A stretch of 64,000 bases of DNA from Thermoanaerobaculia bacterium (GTDB lineage: Bacteria; Acidobacteriota; Thermoanaerobaculia; Gp7-AA8), in NCBI GenBank assembly GCA_035546335.1, contig DATKDP010000056.1, positions 120,577-184,576 on the forward strand. The letters are read 5' to 3'. The notes beneath the pieces were generated by a model. It had not been told where the DNA came from, did not search any database, and worked only from the letters and a program-made list of their open reading frames with translations. Position numbers and translations under genes: made by a program. This document shows, one piece after another, positions 17,851-27,520 of the stretch (positions within the stretch are counted from its first letter, which is position 1; each line of letters starts with the position of its first letter).

Positions 17851-19554
17851 GGCAGCGACTTCCGCGGTCACCTCGCTGGGCGAGCTCATCCTCTTCTGCC
17901 GTCCGGCGCGGAGGCTCCACTCGACCTGTCCGTTGGCCAGGCTCCTGCTGCCGACGACGATGCGGATGGGAAACCCGATGAGATCGGCGTCCTTGAACTT
18001 CACGCCCGGCCGTTCATCACGATCATCGTAGATCACATCGATTCCGGCGCCGAGAAGCTGGTCGTAGATCTTCGAGGCGACATCGAGCACGGCCTCGTCG
18101 TTTCCGGCGGCGGTGACGACGACCTCGAACGGTGCAATCTGAACTGGCCAGACGATGCCGTCGTCGTCGTGACTCTGTTCGATCGCCGCGGCGACCGTGC
18201 GCCCGATTCCGAGCCCGTAGCAACCCATGACCATCGGCTGCCGTTCCCCGTTCTCGTCGAGAAAGACGCAGTTCATCTTCGACGAGTATTTGGTGCCGAG
18301 CTTGAAGACGTGACCGACCTCGATTCCTCGATGAATTTCCAGAGGAGCCCCGCAGGTGCAGCATGGATCTCCGGCCGCAACGAGCGTGAAATCGGAAAAA
18401 CTCGCGAGATCGATCGCGAAGTCACGTCCCGGTCGCGCTCCGCTGAGGTGCGTATTCTGCTTATTTCCGCCGACGATCCAGTTCGCGAACGATCGAAGGG
18501 ATTCGTCCGCGACGATCCGCAGTCCTTCCTTCGCGCGGACGGGACCGCAGTAGCCGACGGGCCCGCCCGTGACCTGCTGGAATCGTTCGTCGGGAAGCAT
18601 CTCCAGTGTCTGCACTCCGAGAAAGTTCCTGATCTTGATCTCGTTGGCTTCCCGATCGCCGCGAACGAGCACCATCACCGCCCCCTGCTCGGTGTCGAAT
18701 ACGAGCGTCTTCACGAGTCGGGAGGTGGGGATTCCGAGGAATCGGCCGACATCGTCGATCGTCTGCGTGCCGGGTGTCGCGATCTCGGTCAACTCTTCGG
18801 CCGGCTCTTCGCCGGCGGCATCCGGGCCGCGATGAAACGCCGAGACCGCCTTCTCGAGATTAGCGGCATAGCTGCAACCCGGGCAGCGCACGACCGCATC
18901 CTCACCCGACTGAGCGAGGACCATGAACTCGTGCGATGCGGAGCCGCCGATGTTTCCGGTGTCGGCCTCGACGGGCACGTGATCGAGACCGCAGCGCTCG
19001 AAGATGCGGCTGTAGGCGGTGCGCATTTTCTGGTAGGTCTCATCGAGCGAATCGACGCTCGTATGAAAGGAGTAGGCGTCCTTCATGATGAACTCTCGAC
19101 CGCGCATCAATCCGAACCGGGGGCGGATCTCGTCGCGGAATTTCGTCTGGATCTGATAGAGGTTGAGCGGCAGGCTGCGATAGGACGAGATCGCATCACG
19201 GACGGTCTCGGTGATCACTTCCTCGTGCGTGGGGCCGAAGACGAAGTCGCGGTCATGGCGGTCCTTGATTCGAAGCAGCTCTTTGCCGTACACCTGCCAT
19301 CGCCCGGACGCCATCCAGAGCTCGGCTGGCTGAATGGCGGGCATGAGCAGCTCGACCGCGCCCGCGCGGTTCATCTCCTCGCGAACGATCGCTTCGAGCT
19401 TTCGAATCGATCGGAGGCCGAGAGGGAGGTAGGTGTAGATGCCGGCGGCGACTTTGCGGATCATCCCGGCCCGCATCATCAGCTTCTGGCTGATCACATC
19501 GGCATCTGCGGGAACCTCCCGCAGCGTGTTGATGAAATATCGACTCCAGCGCAT
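17809..19554 (-). CDS. proS: prolyl-tRNA synthetase (bacterial type)
   Basis: MRWSRYFINTLREVPADADVISQKLMMRAGMIRK... class II aaRS motifs plus editing domain. The last about 10 codons (ETRGSRLEARD) are encoded by the 14-mer repeat. Confidence 0.9.
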   Translation of the reverse strand: MRWSRYFINTLREVPADADVISQKLMMRAGMIRKVAAGIYTYLPLGLRSIRKLEAIVREEMNRAGAVELLMPAIQPAELWMASGRWQVYGKELLRIKDRHDRDFVFGPTHEEVITETVRDAISSYRSLPLNLYQIQTKFRDEIRPRFGLMRGREFIMKDAYSFHTSVDSLDETYQKMRTAYSRIFERCGLDHVPVEADTGNIGGSASHEFMVLAQSGEDAVVRCPGCSYAANLEKAVSAFHRGPDAAGEEPAEELTEIATPGTQTIDDVGRFLGIPTSRLVKTLVFDTEQGAVMVLVRGDREANEIKIRNFLGVQTLEMLPDERFQQVTGGPVGYCGPVRAKEGLRIVADESLRSFANWIVGGNKQNTHLSGARPGRDFAIDLASFSDFTLVAAGDPCCTCGAPLEIHRGIEVGHVFKLGTKYSSKMNCVFLDENGERQPMVMGCYGLGIGRTVAAAIEQSHDDDGIVWPVQIAPFEVVVTAAGNDEAVLDVASKIYDQLLGAGIDVIYDDRDERPGVKFKDADLIGFPIRIVVGSRSLANGQVEWSLRAGRQKRMSSPSEVTAEVAAHLETRGSRLEARD

Positions 19555-19701
19555 AGTTTCTCGTTTTCCGGAGGATTCGTTTCGAATCCCGCGTCAAAAG
19601 TGGGTCATTCTAACCCTGTGGCGGCGGCCAGTCGAGCCGCGTGAGGTGGTGAACGCCGCGCGCGCGCAAACGGTTCGGATCTTGAAAGGTGATCCAGCGA
19701 A

Positions 19702-20166
19702 ATGAACCCCGAAGCTCCCAATGCCGTCCTGGTCTTCGATCGCACGCCACTCGCCCGTCTCGTCTCCTGCGCCGCGGCCTTCGGAGCGGCGGCTCTCTTC
19801 TTCGACTATCTCTCGCGTGGCAGCGACGATCTTCATTTCGTGCCTCTGATCGCCCTCGGGCTGCTGCTCGTCGGAACGATCCTCTCCGCCCTGCTCCAAT
19901 ACGGCGACCACATCTACGTCGGTTCGACCGGCCTGCTCTACGAGAACCGCTGGCTTCCGTTTCTCCGCCGCGGCCGCTGGATGCGATGGGACGACGTGGT
20001 CGAGGTCCGTGAGATCAGGCGGAAGATCCTCATCCTTCTCTCGCGCGACGGACGCCGTGTGCTCGTCGATGCGATCATCGGATACGCGATCGCCAGGCGA
20101 GAGATTCTGCGACGAACCCCGCATGCGGTCATCTCGGGCACGCTGACCCAAGAAGACCGCCCGTGA
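19702..20166 (+). CDS. hypothetical membrane protein (2 TM)
   Basis: Two hydrophobic helices. Stop overlaps the slt start. Confidence 0.4.
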   Translation: MNPEAPNAVLVFDRTPLARLVSCAAAFGAAALFFDYLSRGSDDLHFVPLIALGLLLVGTILSALLQYGDHIYVGSTGLLYENRWLPFLRRGRWMRWDDVVEVREIRRKILILLSRDGRRVLVDAIIGYAIARREILRRTPHAVISGTLTQEDRP

Positions 20167-22574
20167 GACAGCGAATCATCATCAGCGTAGCGGTGCTTCT
20201 TCTCCTCGTCGCCTTCACCGCGCTCATGATCGCCCTCCAGCGACCGCTCCAACGCCGCGGCCTCCTGCCTCGAACCACTGCGCCGGAGCCGGCACCGATC
20301 GAACCGATTCACCAGCGTCCAGTCGAAGAATGGACCGGGATGATCATCGCGATTCAGGCGTCGGGAAACTGGCAATTACTCGACTCCGAGCTCGACGAGA
20401 TCCGCCAGCGTCGAGCCGGAGAGTACTCGCGATTCGGCCTGGAATATCTGCACGCGCGTGCCCGCCTCGAGATCGGAGAATGGGCCGGTGCAGCGGAGCT
20501 TCTCGAGCCCCTTGCCGCTGGTGGGAGCGAGATGCGCGACCTTGCCCTCCACTACCTGGCTCAGGCCGCAGCCGCTGGCAACGAGCCCGAGCGGGCTGCC
20601 GCTCATCGCGAATCGCTGATCTTCGAATTCCCGGATGCTCTCTACCGCAGCGAGGCCATCGAAGATCAGCTCGCCTGGCTGGAATCATCCGGCGAGATGC
20701 AGCCTCTGCTTCGTTTCGTCGATCGCCTCCGGCCGAGCGCCGAGACCCGACTGCGGCGCGAGCTCGACGCTGCCGCTGCAGCGTCCCTCATGCGAGCACG
20801 GCGGCTCGACGAAGCGATCGCCAGAGGAATGACGATCCTCGAGGGAAGCGTCTCCGACGATGCGGCGGAAAAAGCGTTCCGGCTTCTCGACCGCCCGGAA
20901 GTGCTGTCGCGACTACAGCCCGATCAGATCGCCCTTCTCGGCGAAAGTGCCGCGAGCCACCGCCATTACGATCGCGCTGCGCACCTTCTCCGGAGGGCGC
21001 TTCCCCATCTTCCCGACAGGCAGGACGAGCTGATGTTCGCGATCGGCCGTGCGCAATTCGGCAACGAGCAGTACGGCGAAGCGGAAAAGACATACCTTCG
21101 AGGCGCGGAAACGACCGCGGATGCGCAGGCCCGCGCGACCTTCTACTTCCATGCCTCTCGCACTGCGCAGCTCCTGGGAGACGACGCGCGGGCCGAGCGC
21201 TTCATGACCTCCGCGATCGCCGTTCCGGGCAGCTTTCCCGCAACGAAGGCGGCTCTCAACCAGCGTATTCGAACGCGTGCCGCCGCCGGACGGCTCGCCG
21301 AAGCGCGCAGCGATGTGTCTCTTCTGAAGCGACTCTTTCCGAACGACTACGCGCTGGTCGAAGGGACGAAGGCCTATGCCCTCGCGGCACTCGGCGCGGG
21401 GCGTGGTGACGAGACCATCGCTCTGCTCGATTCGCTTCCGAGCCGCCTCCTCGATCGCTACGATTCTCCGGAGATCGCATACTGGAAGGCTCGGGCGCTC
21501 GAAAAGATGCAACCTGACGAAGCGATGGATCTCTACCTCGAGGTTCTAACGTCACCGGTACCGACGCACTTCGCCTACTTCACCCGCCAGCGGCTCTCTT
21601 CCGGCTCCGCAGCGAAACGGATCCGCCAGGGACTCGAGAAGCGACGAGCGGAGGTCGCACGCCTGGTTCAGGAAGAGTCTTACGATGTCGCGCGAGGCGT
21701 GCAGACCCAGGTGGTTCTCCTATCTCCGGGCGAGAGCATCCAGCGCGAGCTCGCTTTGCTTCGATCGATCTACCTGAAGGTGCCCACGTATGCAGAGATC
21801 CTCGAGCTTCGTCCCGAGCCTCTTCCCGGGCTCGGCGGGGGGAACGAGCTTTCGAGACTCGATCGATTGCTCGCGCTCGGTCTGTTCGACGACGCGATCG
21901 ATCGGGTTCCGGAGCGATATCCGCTGCAACGAGCCGGCTCGGCGCTGACCCAATCGCTGCTGCTTCATTGGGGAGGGGCGGCTCGCGAGTCGATTCACGC
22001 AATCGAGGTTCTGATGCGCTCGGTACCGGAAGACTTCGTCCCGGAGCTTCTGCCGCGTCACGTCCAACAGCTCCTCTACCCTCGCTACTTTCATCGGTAC
22101 ATCCTCGACGATGCGAAGCGTTTCGACGCCGATCCCCGCCTCGTTCTTTCGATCATGCGGGAGGAGTCGCGTTTCGATCCGCGCGCACGATCGGCCGCCG
22201 CAGCGCGAGGACTGCTTCAATTCATCATCACCACGGCGCGGGATGTGGGGCGGCAGATCGGGCTCATCGAGCTGACAGCCGAAGACCTCTACGATCCGCG
22301 CATCGTGATCCAGCTCGGCGCAAAATACGTGGGCGGCCTTCTCGGGGAGCTCGACGCCAATCCCTATCAGGCAGCGGCTGCATACAATGCGGGCCCGAAT
22401 CAGGTTCGCCTCTGGAAGCGCCTGCTCCCTGCCCGCGGCGACGACTGGTTCCTCTCCTCGATCAACTTCGACGAGACGAAGCACTACGTCCGGAAAGTGA
22501 TGAACAGCTACGAGCGCTACGGGCAGATCTACGAGAACGAAGAGGTGGTGGGCGGCTTGCGCATCGAGCCGTGA
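20163..22574 (+). CDS. soluble lytic murein transglycosylase (Slt family) with N-terminal superhelical domain
   Basis: C-terminal SLT domain SIMREESRFDPRARSAAAARGLLQF...YNAGPNQV. N-terminal TM anchor plus TPR-like helical region. Confidence 0.8.
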   Translation: MRQRIIISVAVLLLLVAFTALMIALQRPLQRRGLLPRTTAPEPAPIEPIHQRPVEEWTGMIIAIQASGNWQLLDSELDEIRQRRAGEYSRFGLEYLHARARLEIGEWAGAAELLEPLAAGGSEMRDLALHYLAQAAAAGNEPERAAAHRESLIFEFPDALYRSEAIEDQLAWLESSGEMQPLLRFVDRLRPSAETRLRRELDAAAAASLMRARRLDEAIARGMTILEGSVSDDAAEKAFRLLDRPEVLSRLQPDQIALLGESAASHRHYDRAAHLLRRALPHLPDRQDELMFAIGRAQFGNEQYGEAEKTYLRGAETTADAQARATFYFHASRTAQLLGDDARAERFMTSAIAVPGSFPATKAALNQRIRTRAAAGRLAEARSDVSLLKRLFPNDYALVEGTKAYALAALGAGRGDETIALLDSLPSRLLDRYDSPEIAYWKARALEKMQPDEAMDLYLEVLTSPVPTHFAYFTRQRLSSGSAAKRIRQGLEKRRAEVARLVQEESYDVARGVQTQVVLLSPGESIQRELALLRSIYLKVPTYAEILELRPEPLPGLGGGNELSRLDRLLALGLFDDAIDRVPERYPLQRAGSALTQSLLLHWGGAARESIHAIEVLMRSVPEDFVPELLPRHVQQLLYPRYFHRYILDDAKRFDADPRLVLSIMREESRFDPRARSAAAARGLLQFIITTARDVGRQIGLIELTAEDLYDPRIVIQLGAKYVGGLLGELDANPYQAAAAYNAGPNQVRLWKRLLPARGDDWFLSSINFDETKHYVRKVMNSYERYGQIYENEEVVGGLRIEP

Positions 22575-22633
22575 CGCAGACTTGCATGAAATCGGCAACC
22601 ATGAAATAAGCATCGGAATCAGGAGTGCCGGCG

Positions 22634-23080
22634 ATGGGAACACTGAATGAACGGATCCGCGCGGAGCTGACCGCGGCAATGAAGGCGCGCGACGCACTGA
22701 AGACCTCGACTCTCCGTCTCCTGCAGTCGGCGGTGAAGAACGAACAGATCGCCCGAGGGCGCGAGCTGACCGACGACGAGGTGGAAGCGGTCGTGCGCCG
22801 TGCCGTCAAACAGAGGAACGACTCGATCGAGCAGTATCGCCGCGGCAATCGCGACGATCTGGCGGACAAAGAGGAAGCCGAGCTGCGAATTCTCGAGGGG
22901 TATCTTTCGCAGCAGCTCTCCGACATCGAGATCGAAGCGATGATCAACGACGTGATCGCGATGGTCGGTGCCGACTCGAAAAAAGACCTCGGAAAGGTGA
23001 TGAAGGAAGTGATGGCGCAGGCGAAGGGTCGCATTGACGGCAGGCGCGTGCAGGAGATCGTGAACCGGATCCTTCCGTGA
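22634..23080 (+). CDS. GatB/YqeY-domain protein
   Basis: LTAAMKARD...KTSTLRLLQSAVKNE...EAELRILEGYL typical of YqeY. Confidence 0.7.
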   Translation: MGTLNERIRAELTAAMKARDALKTSTLRLLQSAVKNEQIARGRELTDDEVEAVVRRAVKQRNDSIEQYRRGNRDDLADKEEAELRILEGYLSQQLSDIEIEAMINDVIAMVGADSKKDLGKVMKEVMAQAKGRIDGRRVQEIVNRILP

Positions 23081-23667
23081 GCCAGCCGGCCATGCCCGAT
23101 CTGCCACGACTTCTCGCCGAGACCGGAGCCCTTCTCGAGGGGCATTTCCGTCTCTCTTCCGGTCTCCACAGTCGCGCATACGTCCAGTGCGCACGCCTCC
23201 TCGAGCATCCGGCGAATGCTCGCGCCATCGGTGCGGCTCTCGCCTCGCGAATCGAATCATGGAAACCACAGAGGATCGTGGCGCCAGCGCTCGGAGGTCT
23301 GATCATCGGATACACGGTCGCCGAGGCACTCGACATCCCGATGATCTTCACCGAAAGGAAGGAGGGAGCGATGTCGCTCCGTCGCGGCTTCTCTCTCGGT
23401 CAGCGAGTCCGTGCGGCGATCGTCGAGGATGTCGTCACCACAGGCAAGTCGACGCGTGAAACGGCCGCCGTGATCGAGCAGCTCGGCGGCGAGATCGCGG
23501 GGTTCGCCTCGATCCTCAACCGCAGCGGCCGCGACAATCCCTTCGGCGCACCCTACGAAGCCCTTCTCGCCATGGCCCTGGAAACGTGGGCCGAAACGGA
23601 CTGTCCCCTCTGCCGCGGAGGCCGGCCGATCGACGCCCCGGGCAGCCGTTTCTCCGGTGGAGCATGA
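23077..23667 (+). CDS. pyrE: orotate phosphoribosyltransferase
   Basis: LLEGHFRLSSGLHSRAYVQ ... AIVEDVVTTGKST PRPP-binding motif. Confidence 0.8.
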   Translation: MSQPAMPDLPRLLAETGALLEGHFRLSSGLHSRAYVQCARLLEHPANARAIGAALASRIESWKPQRIVAPALGGLIIGYTVAEALDIPMIFTERKEGAMSLRRGFSLGQRVRAAIVEDVVTTGKSTRETAAVIEQLGGEIAGFASILNRSGRDNPFGAPYEALLAMALETWAETDCPLCRGGRPIDAPGSRFSGGA

Positions 23668-24152
23668 GCAAACGACGCATCACGATCGGCGGGGAAGAGT
23701 ATGAGGTGGCGATCGAGCGCGCCGGTGGCTCGTGGCTCGTCCATCTGAGGGAGCAGACCCTCGAGGTTCGAGCCGTCCGACTCACCGATCACGAAGCGGA
23801 GCTGATCGTCGGCGATCGCCGCATGAACGCCGACTGGTTTGCCGAAGGCGACCGGCTTCATCTGATGGTCGACGGCGAGCGATGGACAGCCGAGATCGAA
23901 TCGGTGCTCGCCCGGCCGAAGGCTCGCCATCGCGAGCACTCCATGACTGCACCGATGCCCGGAATCGTGCTCAAAATTTCGGTCACCCCGGGCGGTGTTG
24001 TATCGAAGGGAGATCCGCTGATCGTTCTGGAGGCGATGAAGATGGAGCATCAGATCACGGCGCCTCATGACGGAGTCGTCGAGTCGCTACACTGTCGCGT
24101 GGGTGATCTCGTCCAGCCGGGAGTGGAGCTGATCACTCTGGAGGAACGATGA
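23664..24152 (+). CDS. biotin-carboxyl-carrier-like protein (biotinyl domain, EAMKME)
   Basis: C-terminal LIVLEAMKMEHQITAPHDGVV biotinyl-lysine motif. ATGA overlaps with pyrE upstream and the HMG-CoA lyase downstream. Confidence 0.65.
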   Translation: MSKRRITIGGEEYEVAIERAGGSWLVHLREQTLEVRAVRLTDHEAELIVGDRRMNADWFAEGDRLHLMVDGERWTAEIESVLARPKARHREHSMTAPMPGIVLKISVTPGGVVSKGDPLIVLEAMKMEHQITAPHDGVVESLHCRVGDLVQPGVELITLEER

Positions 24153-25084
24153 AGATCGATGTCGATCGCGCTCGCATCGTCGAGGTCGGTCCACGCGACG
24201 GGCTTCAGAACGAGAAGGTGACGATTCCTGTCGAAGCGAAGGTGGAGCTCATCACCGCCCTCGCCGATGCCGGACTCCGCACGATCGAAGCGGGCGCATT
24301 CGTCCATCCGAAATGGGTTCCGCAGATGGCCGACAGCGCCGAGGTCTATCGGATGATTCCGAAGGACCCCGGCGTCGACTATCCGGTCCTGGTACCGAAC
24401 GAGCGGGGGCTCGACAGAGCCGTGGAGGCAGGGGCTCGCTCCATCGCCATCTTCACGGCGGCGTCGGAGACCTTCAACAAGCGCAACATCAACATGACGA
24501 TCGAGGAGTCGTTCGAGGCGTTCGCCCCCGTGGCGGCTCGGGCGCACGCGAACGAGATTCGCATCCGCGGCTACGTCTCCTGCTCCCTCGGCTGCCCTTA
24601 CGAAGGAGCGGTCGCCCCCGAAAAGGTCCTCGAAGTGACCGCGCGTCTTCTCGATCTCGGCTGCTACGAGGTGTCCGTCGGCGACACGATCGGGGTTGGA
24701 ACGCCACTCCAGGTTCAGGGCCTTCTGTCACTTCTGCTTCAGGTCGTTCCCGCCACTCGGCTGGCAATGCACTTCCACGATACGCGCGGCACGGCACTGG
24801 CGAACACGCTGGCGGCGCTCGAAATGGGAATCGCCTCGTTCGACTCCTCGGCGGGGGGGCTCGGAGGTTGCCCCTACGCTCCCGGGGCGTCGGGAAATCT
24901 CGCCACCGAAGATCTGCTCTATCTCCTGCACGGAATGGGGATCGAGACGGGAGTCGATCTCGAGGGTGTCGTGCGCGCTTCGATCCTGATCGCACCCTGG
25001 ATCGATCATCCACTGCCCGGGAAGTATCTTCAGGCGTCCAGCAGCGCCGCGTCGCTGGCGGGATCGAAAACTGCCGTACAATGA
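24149..25084 (+). CDS. hydroxymethylglutaryl-CoA lyase
   Basis: VEVGPRDGLQNE, HFHDTRGTALAN, GLGGCPYAPGASGN signature motifs. Confidence 0.85.
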   Translation: MKIDVDRARIVEVGPRDGLQNEKVTIPVEAKVELITALADAGLRTIEAGAFVHPKWVPQMADSAEVYRMIPKDPGVDYPVLVPNERGLDRAVEAGARSIAIFTAASETFNKRNINMTIEESFEAFAPVAARAHANEIRIRGYVSCSLGCPYEGAVAPEKVLEVTARLLDLGCYEVSVGDTIGVGTPLQVQGLLSLLLQVVPATRLAMHFHDTRGTALANTLAALEMGIASFDSSAGGLGGCPYAPGASGNLATEDLLYLLHGMGIETGVDLEGVVRASILIAPWIDHPLPGKYLQASSSAASLAGSKTAVQ

Positions 25085-25170
25085 GGAGAGCATTCGGAAG
25101 ACTCCCCCGAAGATGATGCACCGCGTGGAGGTTCGGTGGCGCGCGACAGGGTGCAGGCAGGAGCCGCAGA

Positions 25171-25635
25171 ATGAGTGACGGCCGCAGCGAATGGGTCGGC
25201 GGCTGGCACACCGTGCGGCACGAAGTCACCTGGCGCGAGCTGGACGCCGCGGGGCACGTCAACAACGCGGTCTATTTCACCTACTTCGAGTGGGGGCGCA
25301 CGAAATACTGGTTCGGCCTCCATGGAAAGCAGGAGGGGCCGTTTTCGATCGGCGACCTCGGGTTCATCGTCGCACGAGCCGAGTGCGATTTCCGCCGGCA
25401 GCTCTCGCTGGGTGAGGCGATCGAGATCCGAACGAGAGTTGGAGAGGTTCGCCGCACCTCCTTCGACTTCCACAATCAGATCGTCAGAAACGACGGTGCG
25501 GTCGCCGCAGTTGGCAGAGTAGTTGTAGTCCGCTACTCGTGGAGCCGCGGCGAGAAGATCGCGGTGGAGGAGACGCTGCGAGAGAGGATTGTTGCATTTC
25601 AGCCCATGGAGAGCGACGAGGGGAGGGAGAGATGA
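25171..25635 (+). CDS. acyl-CoA thioesterase (4HBT/YbgC-like hotdog fold)
   Basis: VRHEVTWRELDAAGHVNNAVYFTYFEWGR hotdog signature. Confidence 0.65.
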   Translation: MSDGRSEWVGGWHTVRHEVTWRELDAAGHVNNAVYFTYFEWGRTKYWFGLHGKQEGPFSIGDLGFIVARAECDFRRQLSLGEAIEIRTRVGEVRRTSFDFHNQIVRNDGAVAAVGRVVVVRYSWSRGEKIAVEETLRERIVAFQPMESDEGRER

Positions 25636-26489
25636 TGCAGCCAGGGAGAGTGTTGACGCATCCGGCGCTTGCTCGAAACCGTTTCCGGGAAATGGCTACG
25701 CTACCCGACGCGGAGCTCGATCTGACGGAGGCATCTCTGATCATCGCCCTGGAAGAGTATCCGGGGCTCGAAGTCGGCGAGTACGTGGAGCGCGTCGGGC
25801 AGTGGAGCGAAGCGATTCGCGAGCGGGTCGATGGCTCGCGCGACATCGAGCGTCTGGTCGACGCGATCAACCGCTTCCTGTTCGACGAAGAGGGATTTCA
25901 CGGCGAATCGGGCGACTACTACGATCCCCGCTACACTTTTCTGAACGAAGTGCTCGATCACCATGCCGGCCTGCCAATGGCCCTTTCGATCGTCTACATC
26001 GAGATCTCACGACGCCTCGGGATCGAAGCCGCCGGAGTGGCTCTTCCAGGTCGCTTTCTGGTCAAGGCGAGCGGAGCGTGGGGAGAGATCCTGATCGATC
26101 CCTCCGAAGGGGGACGGGTGCTCTCGACCGTCGAATGCCAGCAGATCATGGACGAAGTGTTCGGCGGCGGCGTCCGGCTCCGCGAGCATCATCTTCGATC
26201 CTTCTCGCGTCATGAGATTCTGGCGAGAATGCTCGCTCATCTGAAGGCCGTCTTTCTCGCCCGTCACGATCTGGAGCGAGCTCACGCATTCATCGATCGG
26301 CTGCTGATTCTCGACGAGCGCGATCCGTGGGAGACACACGATCGCGGCATGGTGGCAATGCAGCTGCACCGCTACGAGGAGGCGCTGGTCGACCTCGAGC
26401 GCTATCTCGAGATGGCTCCTCACGCCGAGGACGGGTCGAGAATTCGCGAACAGATCGCCTGGCTGCGAGGCTGGCTCGATCGCAACTGA
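25632..26489 (+). CDS. transglutaminase-like/SirB1-family protein with C-terminal TPR-like region
   Basis: GLPMALSIVYIEISRRLGIEAAGVALPGRFLV matches the transglutaminase-like core. ATGATG start overlaps the thioesterase stop. Confidence 0.55.
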   Translation: MMQPGRVLTHPALARNRFREMATLPDAELDLTEASLIIALEEYPGLEVGEYVERVGQWSEAIRERVDGSRDIERLVDAINRFLFDEEGFHGESGDYYDPRYTFLNEVLDHHAGLPMALSIVYIEISRRLGIEAAGVALPGRFLVKASGAWGEILIDPSEGGRVLSTVECQQIMDEVFGGGVRLREHHLRSFSRHEILARMLAHLKAVFLARHDLERAHAFIDRLLILDERDPWETHDRGMVAMQLHRYEEALVDLERYLEMAPHAEDGSRIREQIAWLRGWLDRN

Positions 26490-26599
26490 TCGCGTTCTGG
26501 AATCGCGTCATCGAGCTACAATGAGTCGCCTCCTGCGAGCGGCCTCCGAGCGCTTCTTTTGGTAAACTGAAGATCCATCACTGGCATAGGACGACGGAC

Positions 26600-27286
26600 T
26601 TGATCACCGGCTTCAACACGGACATCCGGCACAACGAGAAGGTGTACCACATTCAGACCGAGGACAAGGGACTTCAGAATCCCTACATCGAGTCTCTGGT
26701 CTACGTGGGTGGGGAAATCCTCGCCAGCAAGAAGACCTCGTATGCCGATCATGTGCGGGACGGAATCGACGAGAAGTGGATCGGTGGATTGATGGAGCAA
26801 CAGCACCGGACGATGATCGCGGCGATCAAGCGGGGCCGCTTCGATCATCCTGCGGACGACACGCAATCGAAGCGCATCGCAACCGGCACGCTGGCCGTCG
26901 ATGTCCCGGCCGGCGCGGGCGAGTCGGAGAAGACGCTCGATCAGGTGATCATCGACTACCTCGCCTCGGAAGCCGAGAGCGAGCACATGGAGCTGTCGAT
27001 CCTCTCGCAGGGCGACTTCGTGAGCGGACAACCGGTCGAGGTCCGCATTGCGACTCGAAAGAGCATCTCTCAGCAACCGATTCCGCAGGCTTCGATCGAG
27101 GTGAAGGTCATCTCCACCGTGGAGCCTCCTCGAGTCATTTTTCGAGGTGAAACGGCCAGCGACGGTTCGGCAGCCATCCGTTGCACGATGCCCATCTACA
27201 ACGAAGGAACCGCGGCCGTAATCATCTCCGCCCAGAGCGCCTTCGGAAACGACGAAGTGAAACAGCTGGTCAAACGAAAGAAATGA
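26600..27286 (+). CDS. hypothetical protein (no recognisable family), translationally coupled to thiS
   Basis: 228 aa, soluble, C-terminal beta-sandwich-like segment. Stop overlaps the thiS ATG (ATGA). Confidence 0.5.
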   Translation: MITGFNTDIRHNEKVYHIQTEDKGLQNPYIESLVYVGGEILASKKTSYADHVRDGIDEKWIGGLMEQQHRTMIAAIKRGRFDHPADDTQSKRIATGTLAVDVPAGAGESEKTLDQVIIDYLASEAESEHMELSILSQGDFVSGQPVEVRIATRKSISQQPIPQASIEVKVISTVEPPRVIFRGETASDGSAAIRCTMPIYNEGTAAVIISAQSAFGNDEVKQLVKRKK

Positions 27287-27504
27287 GCCCCCGCGCCACA
27301 GCGATCGAGATCGAGGTCAACGGCACCCGCAGGGACGTCGCCGCCGGGACCACCCTGCTCGCGCTCGTCGAGTCTCTCGGGCTGAAGAAAGAACTGATCG
27401 CCGTCGAGGTCAATCGCCAGCTCGTTCGTCGGAAGAATCTGGAGTCGCATCGCCTCGTCCCCGGTGACCGGGTGGAGATCCTCGAATTCGTCGGCGGCGG
27501 CTGA
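27286..27504 (+). CDS. thiS: ThiS/MoaD-family sulfur-carrier (ubiquitin-like, C-terminal GG)
   Basis: 72 aa, IEVNG...VPGDRVEILEFVGGG terminus typical of ThiS. No thiF/thiG/moaE partner in the window. Confidence 0.65.
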   Translation, partial: SPRATAIEIEVNGTRRDVAAGTTLLALVESLGLKKELIAVEVNRQLVRRKNLESHRLVPGDRVEILEFVGGG

Positions 27505-27520
27505 GGCGCGCCGGAAGGTG

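Noticed and set aside
26516-27076. 186-aa minus-strand ORF
   Set aside because: It is antisense to a better-supported plus-strand gene that is translationally coupled to thiS. It has no motif and is Arg-rich, typical of a GC-rich antisense frame.
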